Source: Candidatus Shapirobacteria bacterium
GTDB lineage: Bacteria; Patescibacteriota; Microgenomatia; UBA12405
Direction: 5' to 3'
Length of the DNA: 64,000 nucleotides
Assembly (NCBI GenBank): GCA_016188545.1
Contig: JACPHO010000002.1
Location: 13-64,012, forward strand
The translations under genes and the position numbers were made by a program. Positions within the stretch are counted from its first letter, which is position 1. Each line of letters opens with the position of its first letter. This document shows positions 47,337 through 56,821 of the stretch, piece after piece. The notes under the pieces were generated by a model. It did not search any database and was not told the DNA's origin. It saw only the letters and a program-made list of their open reading frames with translations.

Positions 47337-48098
47337 TTACTTGGCTTCGGAAGTGCCCATGTACTTGGCAACCAAGTCAGAAGCGGAAGGTGTTTCGACT
47401 TCTGTGCCCAAAGCGCGGAGCTTGGCATCTGCACGACGGCGAGCGATCTTGAGATTCGCTTCATCTTCGTAAGTCTTTGCTTCGGCTTCTGCGTTCTGAA
47501 GAATCTCTTCAGCCTTCTGCTGATTGCGCTGACTGCCAGCTTCATCGAGATCGGCGATGATACGGTAGATTTCCTTGCCGGAAGAAGCACTGGCAGCGCG
47601 AGAACGGGCTTCTGCGAGCTTGGACTTGCGGACCTTGATCTCAGTGTCGAGGGCGTCAATGTCAATATCGAGTTTCTTGACACGAGCGTCGGCAGCCTCA
47701 TAACGAGTCCGAATTTCAGCCGAGTCTTCCTGAGCAGTCTGCATCTTTTCAACAGCTTCCTTCACGGATGCTTCGTCACCCAACTTACCGGCACGTTTTG
47801 CGGCGCGGTCCATGGTGGAGATTTCGTCATCGAAGGGTTTCAACTGTTCAAGAGCGAGATTGCGGGCGGTTTTCAGCTCAAGCAGATGGGTTTCCGATCT
47901 GGACTTGGCGAGTTCTGCCGCTGCAACTGCTGCTTCTTGACGGGCGACAGCGGAGTCGAGCTTGCGGATGACGACACTGCGCATGTGAAAAAGACGGACG
48001 CGAATGACATCAGCGAGGGCATCCGGGCTGGCAAAAAGCCAAATGACGAACAGGGCAGCGAGAATGATCTGGACGGTGGGATTCATTAGGTATTGCAT
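47337..48098 (-). CDS. membrane-anchored coiled-coil protein, PspA/IM30-like (or ATP-synthase-b-like); first gene-end of the GC-rich operon
   Basis: N-terminal hydrophobic helix, then ~220 aa of heptad-rich Ala/Glu/Arg/Lys sequence. GC content is clearly higher than the surrounding sequence. Confidence 0.45.
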   Translation of the reverse strand: MQYLMNPTVQIILAALFVIWLFASPDALADVIRVRLFHMRSVVIRKLDSAVARQEAAVAAAELAKSRSETHLLELKTARNLALEQLKPFDDEISTMDRAAKRAGKLGDEASVKEAVEKMQTAQEDSAEIRTRYEAADARVKKLDIDIDALDTEIKVRKSKLAEARSRAASASSGKEIYRIIADLDEAGSQRNQQKAEEILQNAEAEAKTYEDEANLKIARRRADAKLRALGTEVETPSASDLVAKYMGTSEAK

Positions 48099-48170
48099 TT
48101 TTTCATCTCCAAAAGTTAGTTTATTTGACGATATGACATTACGACACAGAGAACTGTTTTGTTGACCTCC

Positions 48171-48788
48171 TTATGATCCGACTCTGAGAATGATGGCAAC
48201 CGCGACGAACTTGACGACGGCAACCAAGATGGCATGCGAGTCATTGTCCTTTTCAACCATCCATTCATTGAACTTGTCGAGACTGCGGATGCCTGAAAGA
48301 TAGGCAATGATGAAGGTGATGATGTCACCAATCATCTCGCCGACGGCGCCGCGAGTCAGGACAGCAAAGATGAACATGTCGGGGGTTGAGGCATCTAACA
48401 CCGTAGCAACTTGCCAGCCGGAAAGCAAAATCCCCGCGAGAATGATCACGTGGGAATTGTTGCGTGCGGCATCGAGCTGACCACGAAGTGTAATGGCACC
48501 CCTTCGGTTCCAGGGCCAGCGAAGCAGCGGGGTATCCATGACATGTTCGAAAGAGATGAAAGTCATGATCAACACATAAGCGACGAAGACCCCACCGCGA
48601 ACCTTGAGACCAATGAGAAATCCTTTGGTCAGGAACGCGAAGAGATCATTGATGGACTGTCCGCTGGGAGCGAAAAAGTACAAACCAGCAGCGAATGCAA
48701 GCGAAAGCAACACAAACTTGAGAAGTAGGTATGCCTTGCCGGAAATTCCGTTTTGTTCCATGGTTTCTCCAAACTTATGCCATAGCAC
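48171..48788 (-). CDS. polytopic membrane protein, hypothetical (GC-rich island)
   Basis: 205 aa with four or more hydrophobic segments. Confidence 0.4.
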   Translation of the reverse strand: MLWHKFGETMEQNGISGKAYLLLKFVLLSLAFAAGLYFFAPSGQSINDLFAFLTKGFLIGLKVRGGVFVAYVLIMTFISFEHVMDTPLLRWPWNRRGAITLRGQLDAARNNSHVIILAGILLSGWQVATVLDASTPDMFIFAVLTRGAVGEMIGDIITFIIAYLSGIRSLDKFNEWMVEKDNDSHAILVAVVKFVAVAIILRVGS

Positions 48789-49554
48789 GGGTCATTTCGC
48801 CAATGAATGGGTCAATCGACTCGCCTAGATAGACTCCTTCGGTCCAGAGATAATCTGTGCCGCTGAAGTGGTTGGTGAATAAGACAGTATTCCCTTGTGG
48901 ATCTTCACCCAAAAGGTACTTGACTTTCATGGCATCTGGGGAGGGTAATGTGCCACCGCGAGTCTCGACTTCAAAGTAGCCGACGTCGACCACAGTGATA
49001 TCAATTCCCAGAGTTTTGAAAGTATAGCTTCGTGCTTCCTGATCGTATGGCGGATGGCTGAATACCTCACCGGCTTTGTTGAAATCTTCGCCTCCTTGCG
49101 GGGAAACGGAGACACGCTTCTTTAGCGTAAAGCCGTAGTAGCCTTCCGGTCGGTGAATGATCATGGTGCCGTTATCAAAAACACGGACAGACCACTCTTC
49201 ACCACGACGGGAATAAATTTGGGTATTGGGGCGGCGATTGAGCCCGTGGAAAATTCCAAACGCGGAGAGAGTCACTTCGATCTTTCGACCTGACTCGCGA
49301 AGCGCAAGTTCCACCATTTCGCCAACACGCAAATCTTCAAAACGATCATTTGCCGGAGCTTCTGCGGGCACACGCTGGTCTTTTAGATCATCACGAAGAT
49401 TTTCCAGTTCTTGTGTTGATTTTGTAGCCGAGCGTATGAATGTCTGCAGGGTATCACGGAAGTTCCGTATTCGTGCAGGATTGGTCAGCAGGAATCCAAT
49501 TCCAATGATGATCAACCCGACGACTCCAGAACCAATACAAAGATTTCCTGACAT
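48775..49554 (-). CDS. membrane-anchored hypothetical protein (GC-rich island)
   Basis: N-terminal TM helix, a short coiled coil, then a ~180 aa globular domain. Confidence 0.4.
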   Translation of the reverse strand: MSGNLCIGSGVVGLIIIGIGFLLTNPARIRNFRDTLQTFIRSATKSTQELENLRDDLKDQRVPAEAPANDRFEDLRVGEMVELALRESGRKIEVTLSAFGIFHGLNRRPNTQIYSRRGEEWSVRVFDNGTMIIHRPEGYYGFTLKKRVSVSPQGGEDFNKAGEVFSHPPYDQEARSYTFKTLGIDITVVDVGYFEVETRGGTLPSPDAMKVKYLLGEDPQGNTVLFTNHFSGTDYLWTEGVYLGESIDPFIGEMTRAMA

Positions 49555-49566
49555 ATTGTTCCTCTC

Positions 49567-50760
49567 TTAGAATCCATCACCAGAATCTTGTGAATCACTT
49601 CCTCCAAAACCATCACCAGAATCTTGTGAATCGTATCCACCGAAGCCATCGTCCGAACTACCGCAACAATCACTTCCACTGTCAGACGAACCGCTATCAC
49701 CTCCATACGACGGTGATCCAGTCGAACTGGTGTCATCATCAGGAGGATCATATGGAACGGCTGTGGGTGGAGGCTCTTGGGCGTCGTCGTAACTCTGGTT
49801 GGCGTAGCTAGTGCAATTTGAAACATGCGTACTGACGCTCGAGAAATCCTGAGCGTAGCAAGCATTGAGCGCAAGCTGTTTTTCGGTCACAGCACTGTCG
49901 TAGTTACTTTGCGCTCCGTACGAATCATAGGCACCTATTAATTCTCCACCTGCTCGGGTTATGGACGCTTGACAGCTAGCAATCTCTAGAGGAGCATTGT
50001 CAGCTTCAGATGATAGATTGTCCGCTGTTGAAGACGCGTTTTGGGCGGTAATACTTGCCTGTTGCGCTTGATCATAAACGAGCGGCTTATCCACAACTCC
50101 TTCAGGGAGGGTGGTTCGGAATGTTACTTTGGCGACATTGTCGAGTTGACTTTGCGCTTGGGTTAGATACGTCATTGCGGAGGCATAAGACAAGGTTCCT
50201 TGACCGCAGAGGCTTTTTGTTGGCATTGCTGCAACGTAGAGAGTCTCTGTATCGATCACTTTCTGAACCTCGCCAATGTACCCACGATCCACAGCCTCAG
50301 ATTTTGCTTGAAGTTGTGAATAATATGACGGTGGACCCAAAATCTGGACTATGATCTGTTCGGCATTTCTTAACTTGATGTCGGCTTCTTCCCAATAGTA
50401 GCGGGCAGAGTCACGATCATCACTATCAAGAGAGCTTTGGGCTTGGGCTTGCAACGCCTGAACAGAACCTTGAAGATTTGACCTCGCTGTGGACAGCTGA
50501 GTATCAAAACCTTCACTCCAATGCCTGGCGTACTTTGGCGACTGCTCGATAAATTCCTTTTCAGCGCTGGGTAGCTGAACGTCTAGTGAGACTCTGCGGG
50601 TTTCGAGTTCGGCGATTTTTGCCGTTAGATCCCGAAGCTCTGCAGCGTCAAAGGCGTTCATAATTAAACCTGACGCGATTAAGAACAAACAGAACAGAGC
50701 GCTGTACAACCAGACACGGTCGTCAACTAGAGGTTGACTTCGTGCTAAGTTGTTTCGCAT
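49567..50760 (-). CDS. membrane-anchored coiled-coil protein with an acidic Ser/Asp/Gly-rich repetitive C-terminus (GC-rich island)
   Basis: N-terminal TM helix. Coiled coil. C-terminal (DSQDSGDGFGG)x2, encoded by a ~36 bp tandem DNA repeat at 49571-49640. Confidence 0.4.
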   Translation of the reverse strand: MRNNLARSQPLVDDRVWLYSALFCLFLIASGLIMNAFDAAELRDLTAKIAELETRRVSLDVQLPSAEKEFIEQSPKYARHWSEGFDTQLSTARSNLQGSVQALQAQAQSSLDSDDRDSARYYWEEADIKLRNAEQIIVQILGPPSYYSQLQAKSEAVDRGYIGEVQKVIDTETLYVAAMPTKSLCGQGTLSYASAMTYLTQAQSQLDNVAKVTFRTTLPEGVVDKPLVYDQAQQASITAQNASSTADNLSSEADNAPLEIASCQASITRAGGELIGAYDSYGAQSNYDSAVTEKQLALNACYAQDFSSVSTHVSNCTSYANQSYDDAQEPPPTAVPYDPPDDDTSSTGSPSYGGDSGSSDSGSDCCGSSDDGFGGYDSQDSGDGFGGSDSQDSGDGF

Positions 50761-50860
50761 ACCTTTCCTTCCTTTCAGATTTATTTTCTTACTTACGATT
50801 TATCGGTAGCACCTCCTGATGCATGGTTTGGTTTTTTTATTTCAACTACTACAAATATTG

Positions 50861-50985
50861 CTGTAGTGCGCTCAAAGCCGAAAATGGTTTCGACACTGGG
50901 TGCACTACAGCGATGTAGACTATATATATACACTTGAATTGTTAAGGTACTGTAAATATGCAAAAAACACACGCGATTGTGTGTT
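50861..50985. promoter_or_regulatory. divergent control region with two inverted repeats (candidate operators)
   Basis: ctgtagtgc-N32-gcactacag at 50861-50910 and aacacac-gcgatt-gtgtgtt at 50966-50985. The region lies between the minus-strand GC-rich operon and the plus-strand pepF-like gene. Confidence 0.4.
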
Positions 50986-51082
50986 TATTGAATTATTTAC
51001 GTTGGCGGATTATAGGATAAGCTACGTTAAAAGTCAACATTATGGGGTATGTTTTATGCTCAAAGATAAGTTACAATAAGAC

Positions 51083-52852
51083 ATGGCTAAAAATGGAGCA
51101 GAAAACTGGAACTTAAGCGAACTTGGAAAAGTGGCCGATTATGACAAATTACTGGCAGAAATAGATTCAAATATTGAAAAAGTAGAAAAATGGTGGAAGA
51201 AACTAAACCCTAAAATGAGCAAGGAGGAGTTTGCTGAATTCATGGAATACGACGAACTTCTCGACGATAAATTCTCCAGACTGATGTACCTACCGGAACT
51301 GATGGAATCGACTAACCAAAAGGATAGTCAGGCTCGTCTCATGAAGAGCAAGGCAAGTGACTTGGCTTTGAAATTTAATAAAACTAGCCGAAAGATAGGG
51401 CATTGGCTGAAGGGACTTGAGGTAGAAAACAAAGAAAAACTGGACGATGAAAACGCTAGAAGATTATTTTCGGCCATACCTGATTTGGAATATGGACTTA
51501 ACTACGGCAGATTGGCGGCGAAATATACCCTCCCCCAGAATGAAGAAGAAATCATCGATAATAAAGATGTAAATGGAATGGGGGCGGTGAGTGACCTTCG
51601 AGGACTGATTGAAGCTGATTTGGTCTACGATATGGACGGAAAAAAGATAAAAAACCAGGCTGATTTGTTGAAATATGTCCATGATGCTAATCCAAAAAAG
51701 CGCGAATCTGCATACAGAGCTTTATTCAAGGAACATCTTAAAAACATTGACAAGTTTTTTGTAATCTATCAGTCAGTAGTCAAAGATTGGGGATACGAAG
51801 CAAAGCTAAGAGGTTATAACTCGGCTATTGAAGTTAGAAACTTTGGTAATCATGTGCCAAACGAAGCCATTGAAACCCTACTACGAGTATGTAAAGAAGA
51901 GAGAAAGGTATTTTGGAGGTATTTTGAAACTAAGGCAAAACTTCTAAAAAAGAAGAAACTTAGCCGGTTTGATGTGTACGCGCCAATAGGTCTAAAATCA
52001 GGCAAAAAAATAAAATATACGGAAGCAAAGGAACTGGTACTAAAAAGTTTTGCGACCTTTTCAAAAAAATTTGCCGATATGGCTGCTAAGGTAATAAATG
52101 AAAACCATATTGATTCTCATCCCAAAACAAACAAACGTAGCGGTGCATTTTGCGCCACAGTCAACCCAAAACTAACCCCTTATGTACTTCTAAATTACAC
52201 TGATAGCCAGAGAGATGTGTCAACACTGGCTCACGAGTTGGGACATGCAGTTCATAGCTTGTATGCTAATCATCACTATTCTTCATCACAGCACGCAAAT
52301 TTACCATTGTCCGAAACAGCTTCGACTTTTGGCGAGCTAGTACTTTTTGAATATATGTTGGCGGGCGAGAAGGATAAGGGTGTCAAAAAACAAATGTTAT
52401 CCGAGAAAATTGGGGATTCATACGCAACAATTCTCCGGCAAAACTATTTTGTAATGTTTGAGCTAAAGGCTCATGAAATGATCAGTAAAGGCACGACCGC
52501 TGAAGAATTGTGCAAGACATATTGGGAAAATCTTAAAGAACAATTTGGACCTTCAGTAAAACTAGATAAGGTCTTCCGATATGAGTGGCTTTATATTAGT
52601 CACATATTTGAATCACCGTTCTATTGTTATGCTTACAACTTTGGTGAACTACTTTCATTGTCTTTGTACGCCAGATATAAAAAGGAAGGTGGGAAGTTTG
52701 CTAGCAAAATTGAAAATGTATTAGCAGATGGTGGATCAAGAGCTCCAGAAAAAGTGCTGGCTGATGTAGGGGTGGATATGAGTGATGAGAATTTTTGGAG
52801 AGGTGGGTTCGAATTGATTCGGGGTTGGCAAAACCAGCTTGAAGGGTTATAA
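51083..52852 (+). CDS. pepF: oligoendopeptidase F (M3B family)
   Basis: HELGHAVH zinc motif and length and architecture typical of PepF. Confidence 0.8.
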   Translation: MAKNGAENWNLSELGKVADYDKLLAEIDSNIEKVEKWWKKLNPKMSKEEFAEFMEYDELLDDKFSRLMYLPELMESTNQKDSQARLMKSKASDLALKFNKTSRKIGHWLKGLEVENKEKLDDENARRLFSAIPDLEYGLNYGRLAAKYTLPQNEEEIIDNKDVNGMGAVSDLRGLIEADLVYDMDGKKIKNQADLLKYVHDANPKKRESAYRALFKEHLKNIDKFFVIYQSVVKDWGYEAKLRGYNSAIEVRNFGNHVPNEAIETLLRVCKEERKVFWRYFETKAKLLKKKKLSRFDVYAPIGLKSGKKIKYTEAKELVLKSFATFSKKFADMAAKVINENHIDSHPKTNKRSGAFCATVNPKLTPYVLLNYTDSQRDVSTLAHELGHAVHSLYANHHYSSSQHANLPLSETASTFGELVLFEYMLAGEKDKGVKKQMLSEKIGDSYATILRQNYFVMFELKAHEMISKGTTAEELCKTYWENLKEQFGPSVKLDKVFRYEWLYISHIFESPFYCYAYNFGELLSLSLYARYKKEGGKFASKIENVLADGGSRAPEKVLADVGVDMSDENFWRGGFELIRGWQNQLEGL

Positions 52853-52873
52853 TAATACTACGACAGCTGTAGT

Positions 52874-53470
52874 ATGAGTATGAGAAAAATAACAAAAAAC
52901 AGTGGCCGTGAAATCATAAGATATAAAAAAGGCCAAAGAATAGTCTCTTTGGGAGACAGCGTTAACTTTATAGCATCTGTTAAATCAGGAGAGGTTAAGC
53001 TATATAAACCATTTGAAGGTCGAGATATTTGTATCCCAAACATGAGGATGTTTAAGGAATGGAGTCAGATGATGGTTTTGACTGGAGAAAAAAGCGATTA
53101 TATGGTTGAGGCAATGGGAATTGTCGAGCTAGAAAAAACCCCGAAAGATAAATTTCTAAAAGAAATCAAGGCTAATTCCCGGAAACAGATGGAGACTTTG
53201 ACTGAGTTTTCAAAACTTTTCTTGAAACAAACGAGAAGATATGTAAATATTACCGGTGCGAGTGCAATCGGGAAGGTAGCAACTGTCATCTTAGATATGT
53301 CTGGAGAGGGATATCCCCTAACTCATAAATTAGTGGCGAGTTTGACCGGTTTGACGCGAGAAACGGTAACTTTACAAATGCTTAAAATGGAAAAAATGAA
53401 ACTAATTGATAATGCGAATAGAAAGATAAAGATATTGAATAGAAAAGGTTTGGAAAAATTTTTGGTATAG
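52874..53470 (+). CDS. Crp/Fnr-family transcriptional regulator
   Basis: cNMP-binding beta-roll plus a C-terminal HTH (LTHKLVASLTGLTRETVTLQMLKME). Confidence 0.7.
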   Translation: MSMRKITKNSGREIIRYKKGQRIVSLGDSVNFIASVKSGEVKLYKPFEGRDICIPNMRMFKEWSQMMVLTGEKSDYMVEAMGIVELEKTPKDKFLKEIKANSRKQMETLTEFSKLFLKQTRRYVNITGASAIGKVATVILDMSGEGYPLTHKLVASLTGLTRETVTLQMLKMEKMKLIDNANRKIKILNRKGLEKFLV

Positions 53471-53475
53471 TAGGT

Positions 53476-54189
53476 ATGATGATTCCAGAAGAAACAATAA
53501 GCCTATTCGAGAGATTGGTGAATGATGCTAGAGAAAAAGCGAAGGATGAACATATTTTGGAGATGATCCAATGGAAGGTTGACCATACTTGGCGAGTGGT
53601 GGAAACGGGTAAAGAAATACTGGAAGGTGAAAAAGGCCAAGACTGGGATGTAGGTCGAGCAATGGGAGCTTTTTTACTTCACGATGTCGGTAGATTTGAG
53701 CAAGCACTTTTAGGAAGCTATTCTGACAAGCAGACTGGAGTGAGCCACGCGTTTTTGGGGGCGGAGATGCTAGTAAAGGCTGGGTACAAAGATAATGAAA
53801 TCATCGAAGCTGTACATGACCATAGTTTGGCGGTCTACGAGGGTTCAAATGTATACACTAAACTTATAAAAGATGCCGATCAACTGACAATTATTGGAGA
53901 AGAATACCTACTAGAGAAACACCCAGAGCAAAAAATAGCCTCAGAAGAAGTAATAAAAACCATCGAGAGAGGGGTCAAACTTGACACCTCAATCAGCGTC
54001 GGACAAATAGACCATTTGTTGTCTTATTGGAATTGGAAGAAGTTTTTATATTTCAGCACCAGTAAAGAGATATTTAGGAATCGGAAATATGATGAGATGC
54101 TATTGGGCAAACTAAGGTTATTTGACAAAAGTGGCAAGACTGAAGAGTGGCTTAGAAAAAGTACTGATTTACTCGCGACAACAGTCTAG
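53476..54189 (+). CDS. HD-domain phosphohydrolase
   Basis: H...LLHDVGR (HD motif) and a downstream His/Asp pattern. Confidence 0.6.
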   Translation: MMIPEETISLFERLVNDAREKAKDEHILEMIQWKVDHTWRVVETGKEILEGEKGQDWDVGRAMGAFLLHDVGRFEQALLGSYSDKQTGVSHAFLGAEMLVKAGYKDNEIIEAVHDHSLAVYEGSNVYTKLIKDADQLTIIGEEYLLEKHPEQKIASEEVIKTIERGVKLDTSISVGQIDHLLSYWNWKKFLYFSTSKEIFRNRKYDEMLLGKLRLFDKSGKTEEWLRKSTDLLATTV

Positions 54190-54717
54190 AATTTTACCCA
54201 TCATTCCACTGAGTTTCCCCATGACCGTGGTTTCCTTGTGAACTTCTGGTTGGGGAAGTGACTTTGCACCTTCACTTTTGTCAGCAGTTATAGCTGTCAA
54301 TTCGCCTTCTTTGACCATTCCTAGATTAATTCCCCAGAAAAGATTGTAGAGATCGTAGGATTTTTTGAACAAATCATAGGCAGTTTTGGTATCACCCTTG
54401 GTCTGATACTTGGTGCCAACTTCCATAACCCGCATGGAGGCGGCCAAAAGATGTTTACTGGTGCACCAGACTTCACCTTCGTACTTAGGTATAAGCATTT
54501 TCATGAGTACTTTACGCATTTCGCGTGCTTCGGTGAGCAGTTCAAAGTATTTGGTCTTGCCGGTTTTATTGGCATTAAAAAACATATGTTCTTCGATGGC
54601 GATGAGGTTCATGACCGCCATACTAAGGTCTTCCCCGGAAGCTAGGTCCATTTCGTGACCAGACTCGGCGCTTTTAACTTTGTCCATGAATTTTTGAAGG
54701 TCATTGTTTTTGTTCAT
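54169..54717 (-). CDS. hypothetical protein
   Basis: 182 aa from the internal Met. No motif recognised. Confidence 0.35.
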   Translation of the reverse strand: MNKNNDLQKFMDKVKSAESGHEMDLASGEDLSMAVMNLIAIEEHMFFNANKTGKTKYFELLTEAREMRKVLMKMLIPKYEGEVWCTSKHLLAASMRVMEVGTKYQTKGDTKTAYDLFKKSYDLYNLFWGINLGMVKEGELTAITADKSEGAKSLPQPEVHKETTVMGKLSGMMGKILDCCRE

Positions 54718-54778
54718 AGCTGATTGTAACAAAGTCACCTGAAAGTTGACTACTACATGTGTAAGTGGTGCTAGAATC

Positions 54779-55963
54779 ATGACAATGGATTTCTCGAGAA
54801 ATATCAGGTTATTAACGTGGCAGGGATTTTTTATTGGCTTTAGTTTGTGGTCGCCAATTGCGGCGATTTATTTTTCTCAAGTCAGTGGATCGTTCGCTTG
54901 GGGGTTGAGTATTTTTTCGGTTGCGAATATTAGTGGGGCAATTTTTGAAATTCCAACTGGTGTTTTTTCTGATTTTTCTGATAAGATAGGTCGAAAATAT
55001 ACTACTATGCTGGGTGGATTAGCTTATACTTTGTCGGGGGTAGCCTATGCGATAGGACTAAATTTTTGGTGGTTAGTATTGGGTGCAATACTGGGAGGAT
55101 TGGGCCGTTCTTTTTATAGTGGAAATAATGATGCCTACTTATATGATAGCCTGAATAAATCAGACAAGAAAGAAGAATTGGCAAAATTTATGGGTAAAAT
55201 TGGGTCAGCAGAACAATGGGCACTAGGAGCGGCGGCGATACTGGGAGGAATGCTGGCGGCAATTTCTTTTAAGTTGGTAATGTGGCTGTCAGTGATTCCC
55301 CTACTTCTGTGCTTTGTCACCAGTTGGTGGCTAATTGATATAAAAAATAAAAAAGGAGAGGAAGGAGGTAATGTTTATTCACATTTAAGCGAAGCTATAA
55401 AAAATTTCCTTGGTAATAAAAAACTACGGTTGTTAAGCTTGTCTTCGATTGTGGGATTTGGAATTGGAGAAGCAGGGTTTCATTTTAGATCGTTGTTTGT
55501 ATTGAGCCTGTGGCCACTTTGGGCTATCGGAGTGGCTAGGATGCTAAGCAATATCGGGGCAGCGATTGGATTTGGATGGAGTGGAAAGATAGTGGAAAAG
55601 TTTAAGGCGGAAAGAGTGTTGATGTTTGAGCAAATATCGTCAAAGTTGATTGATCTAGTAGCTCTATTGTGGCCAACGCCACTATCACCGGTTTTGATGT
55701 CAACAACATCGATAATGTACGGTCCAAGTACTGTAGCAGAAAACTCGATTTTTCAAAATGAATTTACCGATAAGCAAAGAGCAACCATGGGTTCTCTAAA
55801 CTCTCTAGGAAGAAGTATATCGTTGGCAATATTTATTTACGGGTTGGGCTGGGTTGCTGATAAAACAGACCCGCGAATTGCCCTATTGTGCGGGTGGACA
55901 CTAGGACTAGTATCGGTATGGTTGACGTGGAAGTTGATGCAAATGGTGAGAAAAGAAGGTTGA
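54779..55963 (+). CDS. MFS transporter (paralogue of 34849)
   Basis: IFEIPTGVFSDFSDKIGRK, NEFTDKQRATM, and 12 TM segments. Confidence 0.7.
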   Translation: MTMDFSRNIRLLTWQGFFIGFSLWSPIAAIYFSQVSGSFAWGLSIFSVANISGAIFEIPTGVFSDFSDKIGRKYTTMLGGLAYTLSGVAYAIGLNFWWLVLGAILGGLGRSFYSGNNDAYLYDSLNKSDKKEELAKFMGKIGSAEQWALGAAAILGGMLAAISFKLVMWLSVIPLLLCFVTSWWLIDIKNKKGEEGGNVYSHLSEAIKNFLGNKKLRLLSLSSIVGFGIGEAGFHFRSLFVLSLWPLWAIGVARMLSNIGAAIGFGWSGKIVEKFKAERVLMFEQISSKLIDLVALLWPTPLSPVLMSTTSIMYGPSTVAENSIFQNEFTDKQRATMGSLNSLGRSISLAIFIYGLGWVADKTDPRIALLCGWTLGLVSVWLTWKLMQMVRKEG

Positions 55964-56017
55964 GAGGAAAATAATGGTTATATTGACATTCGGGTTATAT
56001 TCGGCTTAATATTGTTT

Positions 56018-56821
56018 ATGAATAAAATTGCAGTGATAAGTAAGGACTTGGAGGGAATTAAGAAAATTAAAAACGATTTGGAATACTGGTCGGCAAGAGA
56101 TTTGATGAAGGTGTTGGGATATGAAAAGTGGCAAAAGTTTGAGATGGTGATTAAAAAGGCTAAAAGTGCTTGCACTGAAAGCAATCATGATGTTATGGGT
56201 CATTTTATCGGCACCGGTAAGAAGATAAGTACCGGAAAGACAGCACAAATGGAGATTCGTGATTTTTTATTAACTAGATACGCCTGTTATCTGATAGCTC
56301 AAAATGGCGATAGTCGAAAACCGGAAATTGCTAGAGCGCAAACATACTTTGCAGTGCAAACTCGAAAACAGGAAATGCAGCAAGATAGGGAGAAACTATT
56401 AAAAAGGATTGAAGCTCGAGAGAGACTAAAAGAAACGGAAAGAAAGATTGAGGGGACAGTTTACAAAAGAGGGATAAAACAACCAAGGGATTTTGCTGAA
56501 TTTAAAGATAAATATATTCGAGGATTGTATGGTGGAATGGGAATTACGACATTGAAGAATAAACGGAAAATACCAAAAGATAGAGCTTTGGCCGACTTTG
56601 ATTCTTTTTTGGAATTGAAAGCAAAGGATTTTGCTCTGGCTATGACAGATCATAATATCAAAGAGAAAAACTTGGTTGGTAAGCCAAAACTAAATCAGGA
56701 AGTTTATGAGAACAGTGTGGCGACTCGGAGAACTCTCCTAAAACGAGGAATATTGCCGGAAAAATTAAAACCGGAAGAAGATGTTGAGAAAGTAAAGGGT
56801 AAGCTAAGCTTAAAAGGCTAA
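56018..56821 (+). CDS. dinD: DNA-damage-inducible protein D homologue (Bro-N-like N-terminal domain)
   Basis: YWSARDLMKVLGY...W.KF..VI.KA..AC......HF...........DFLLTRYACYLIAQNGD..KPEIA.AQTYFAVQTR follows the E. coli DinD pattern closely. Confidence 0.7.
   Translation: MNKIAVISKDLEGIKKIKNDLEYWSARDLMKVLGYEKWQKFEMVIKKAKSACTESNHDVMGHFIGTGKKISTGKTAQMEIRDFLLTRYACYLIAQNGDSRKPEIARAQTYFAVQTRKQEMQQDREKLLKRIEARERLKETERKIEGTVYKRGIKQPRDFAEFKDKYIRGLYGGMGITTLKNKRKIPKDRALADFDSFLELKAKDFALAMTDHNIKEKNLVGKPKLNQEVYENSVATRRTLLKRGILPEKLKPEEDVEKVKGKLSLKG

Noticed and set aside
46985-47340. tmRNA, RNase P RNA or SRP RNA in the long structured intergenic region
   Set aside because: I looked for the tmRNA tRNA-like ends (GGGG...UCCACCA with a T-arm) and an ANDENYALAA-type tag frame. 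I also looked for RNase P CR-I/CR-V (GGAAAGUCCGG / ACAGAAxCCGGCUUA) and the SRP domain IV motif. None were found. Only the hammerhead core is convincing.
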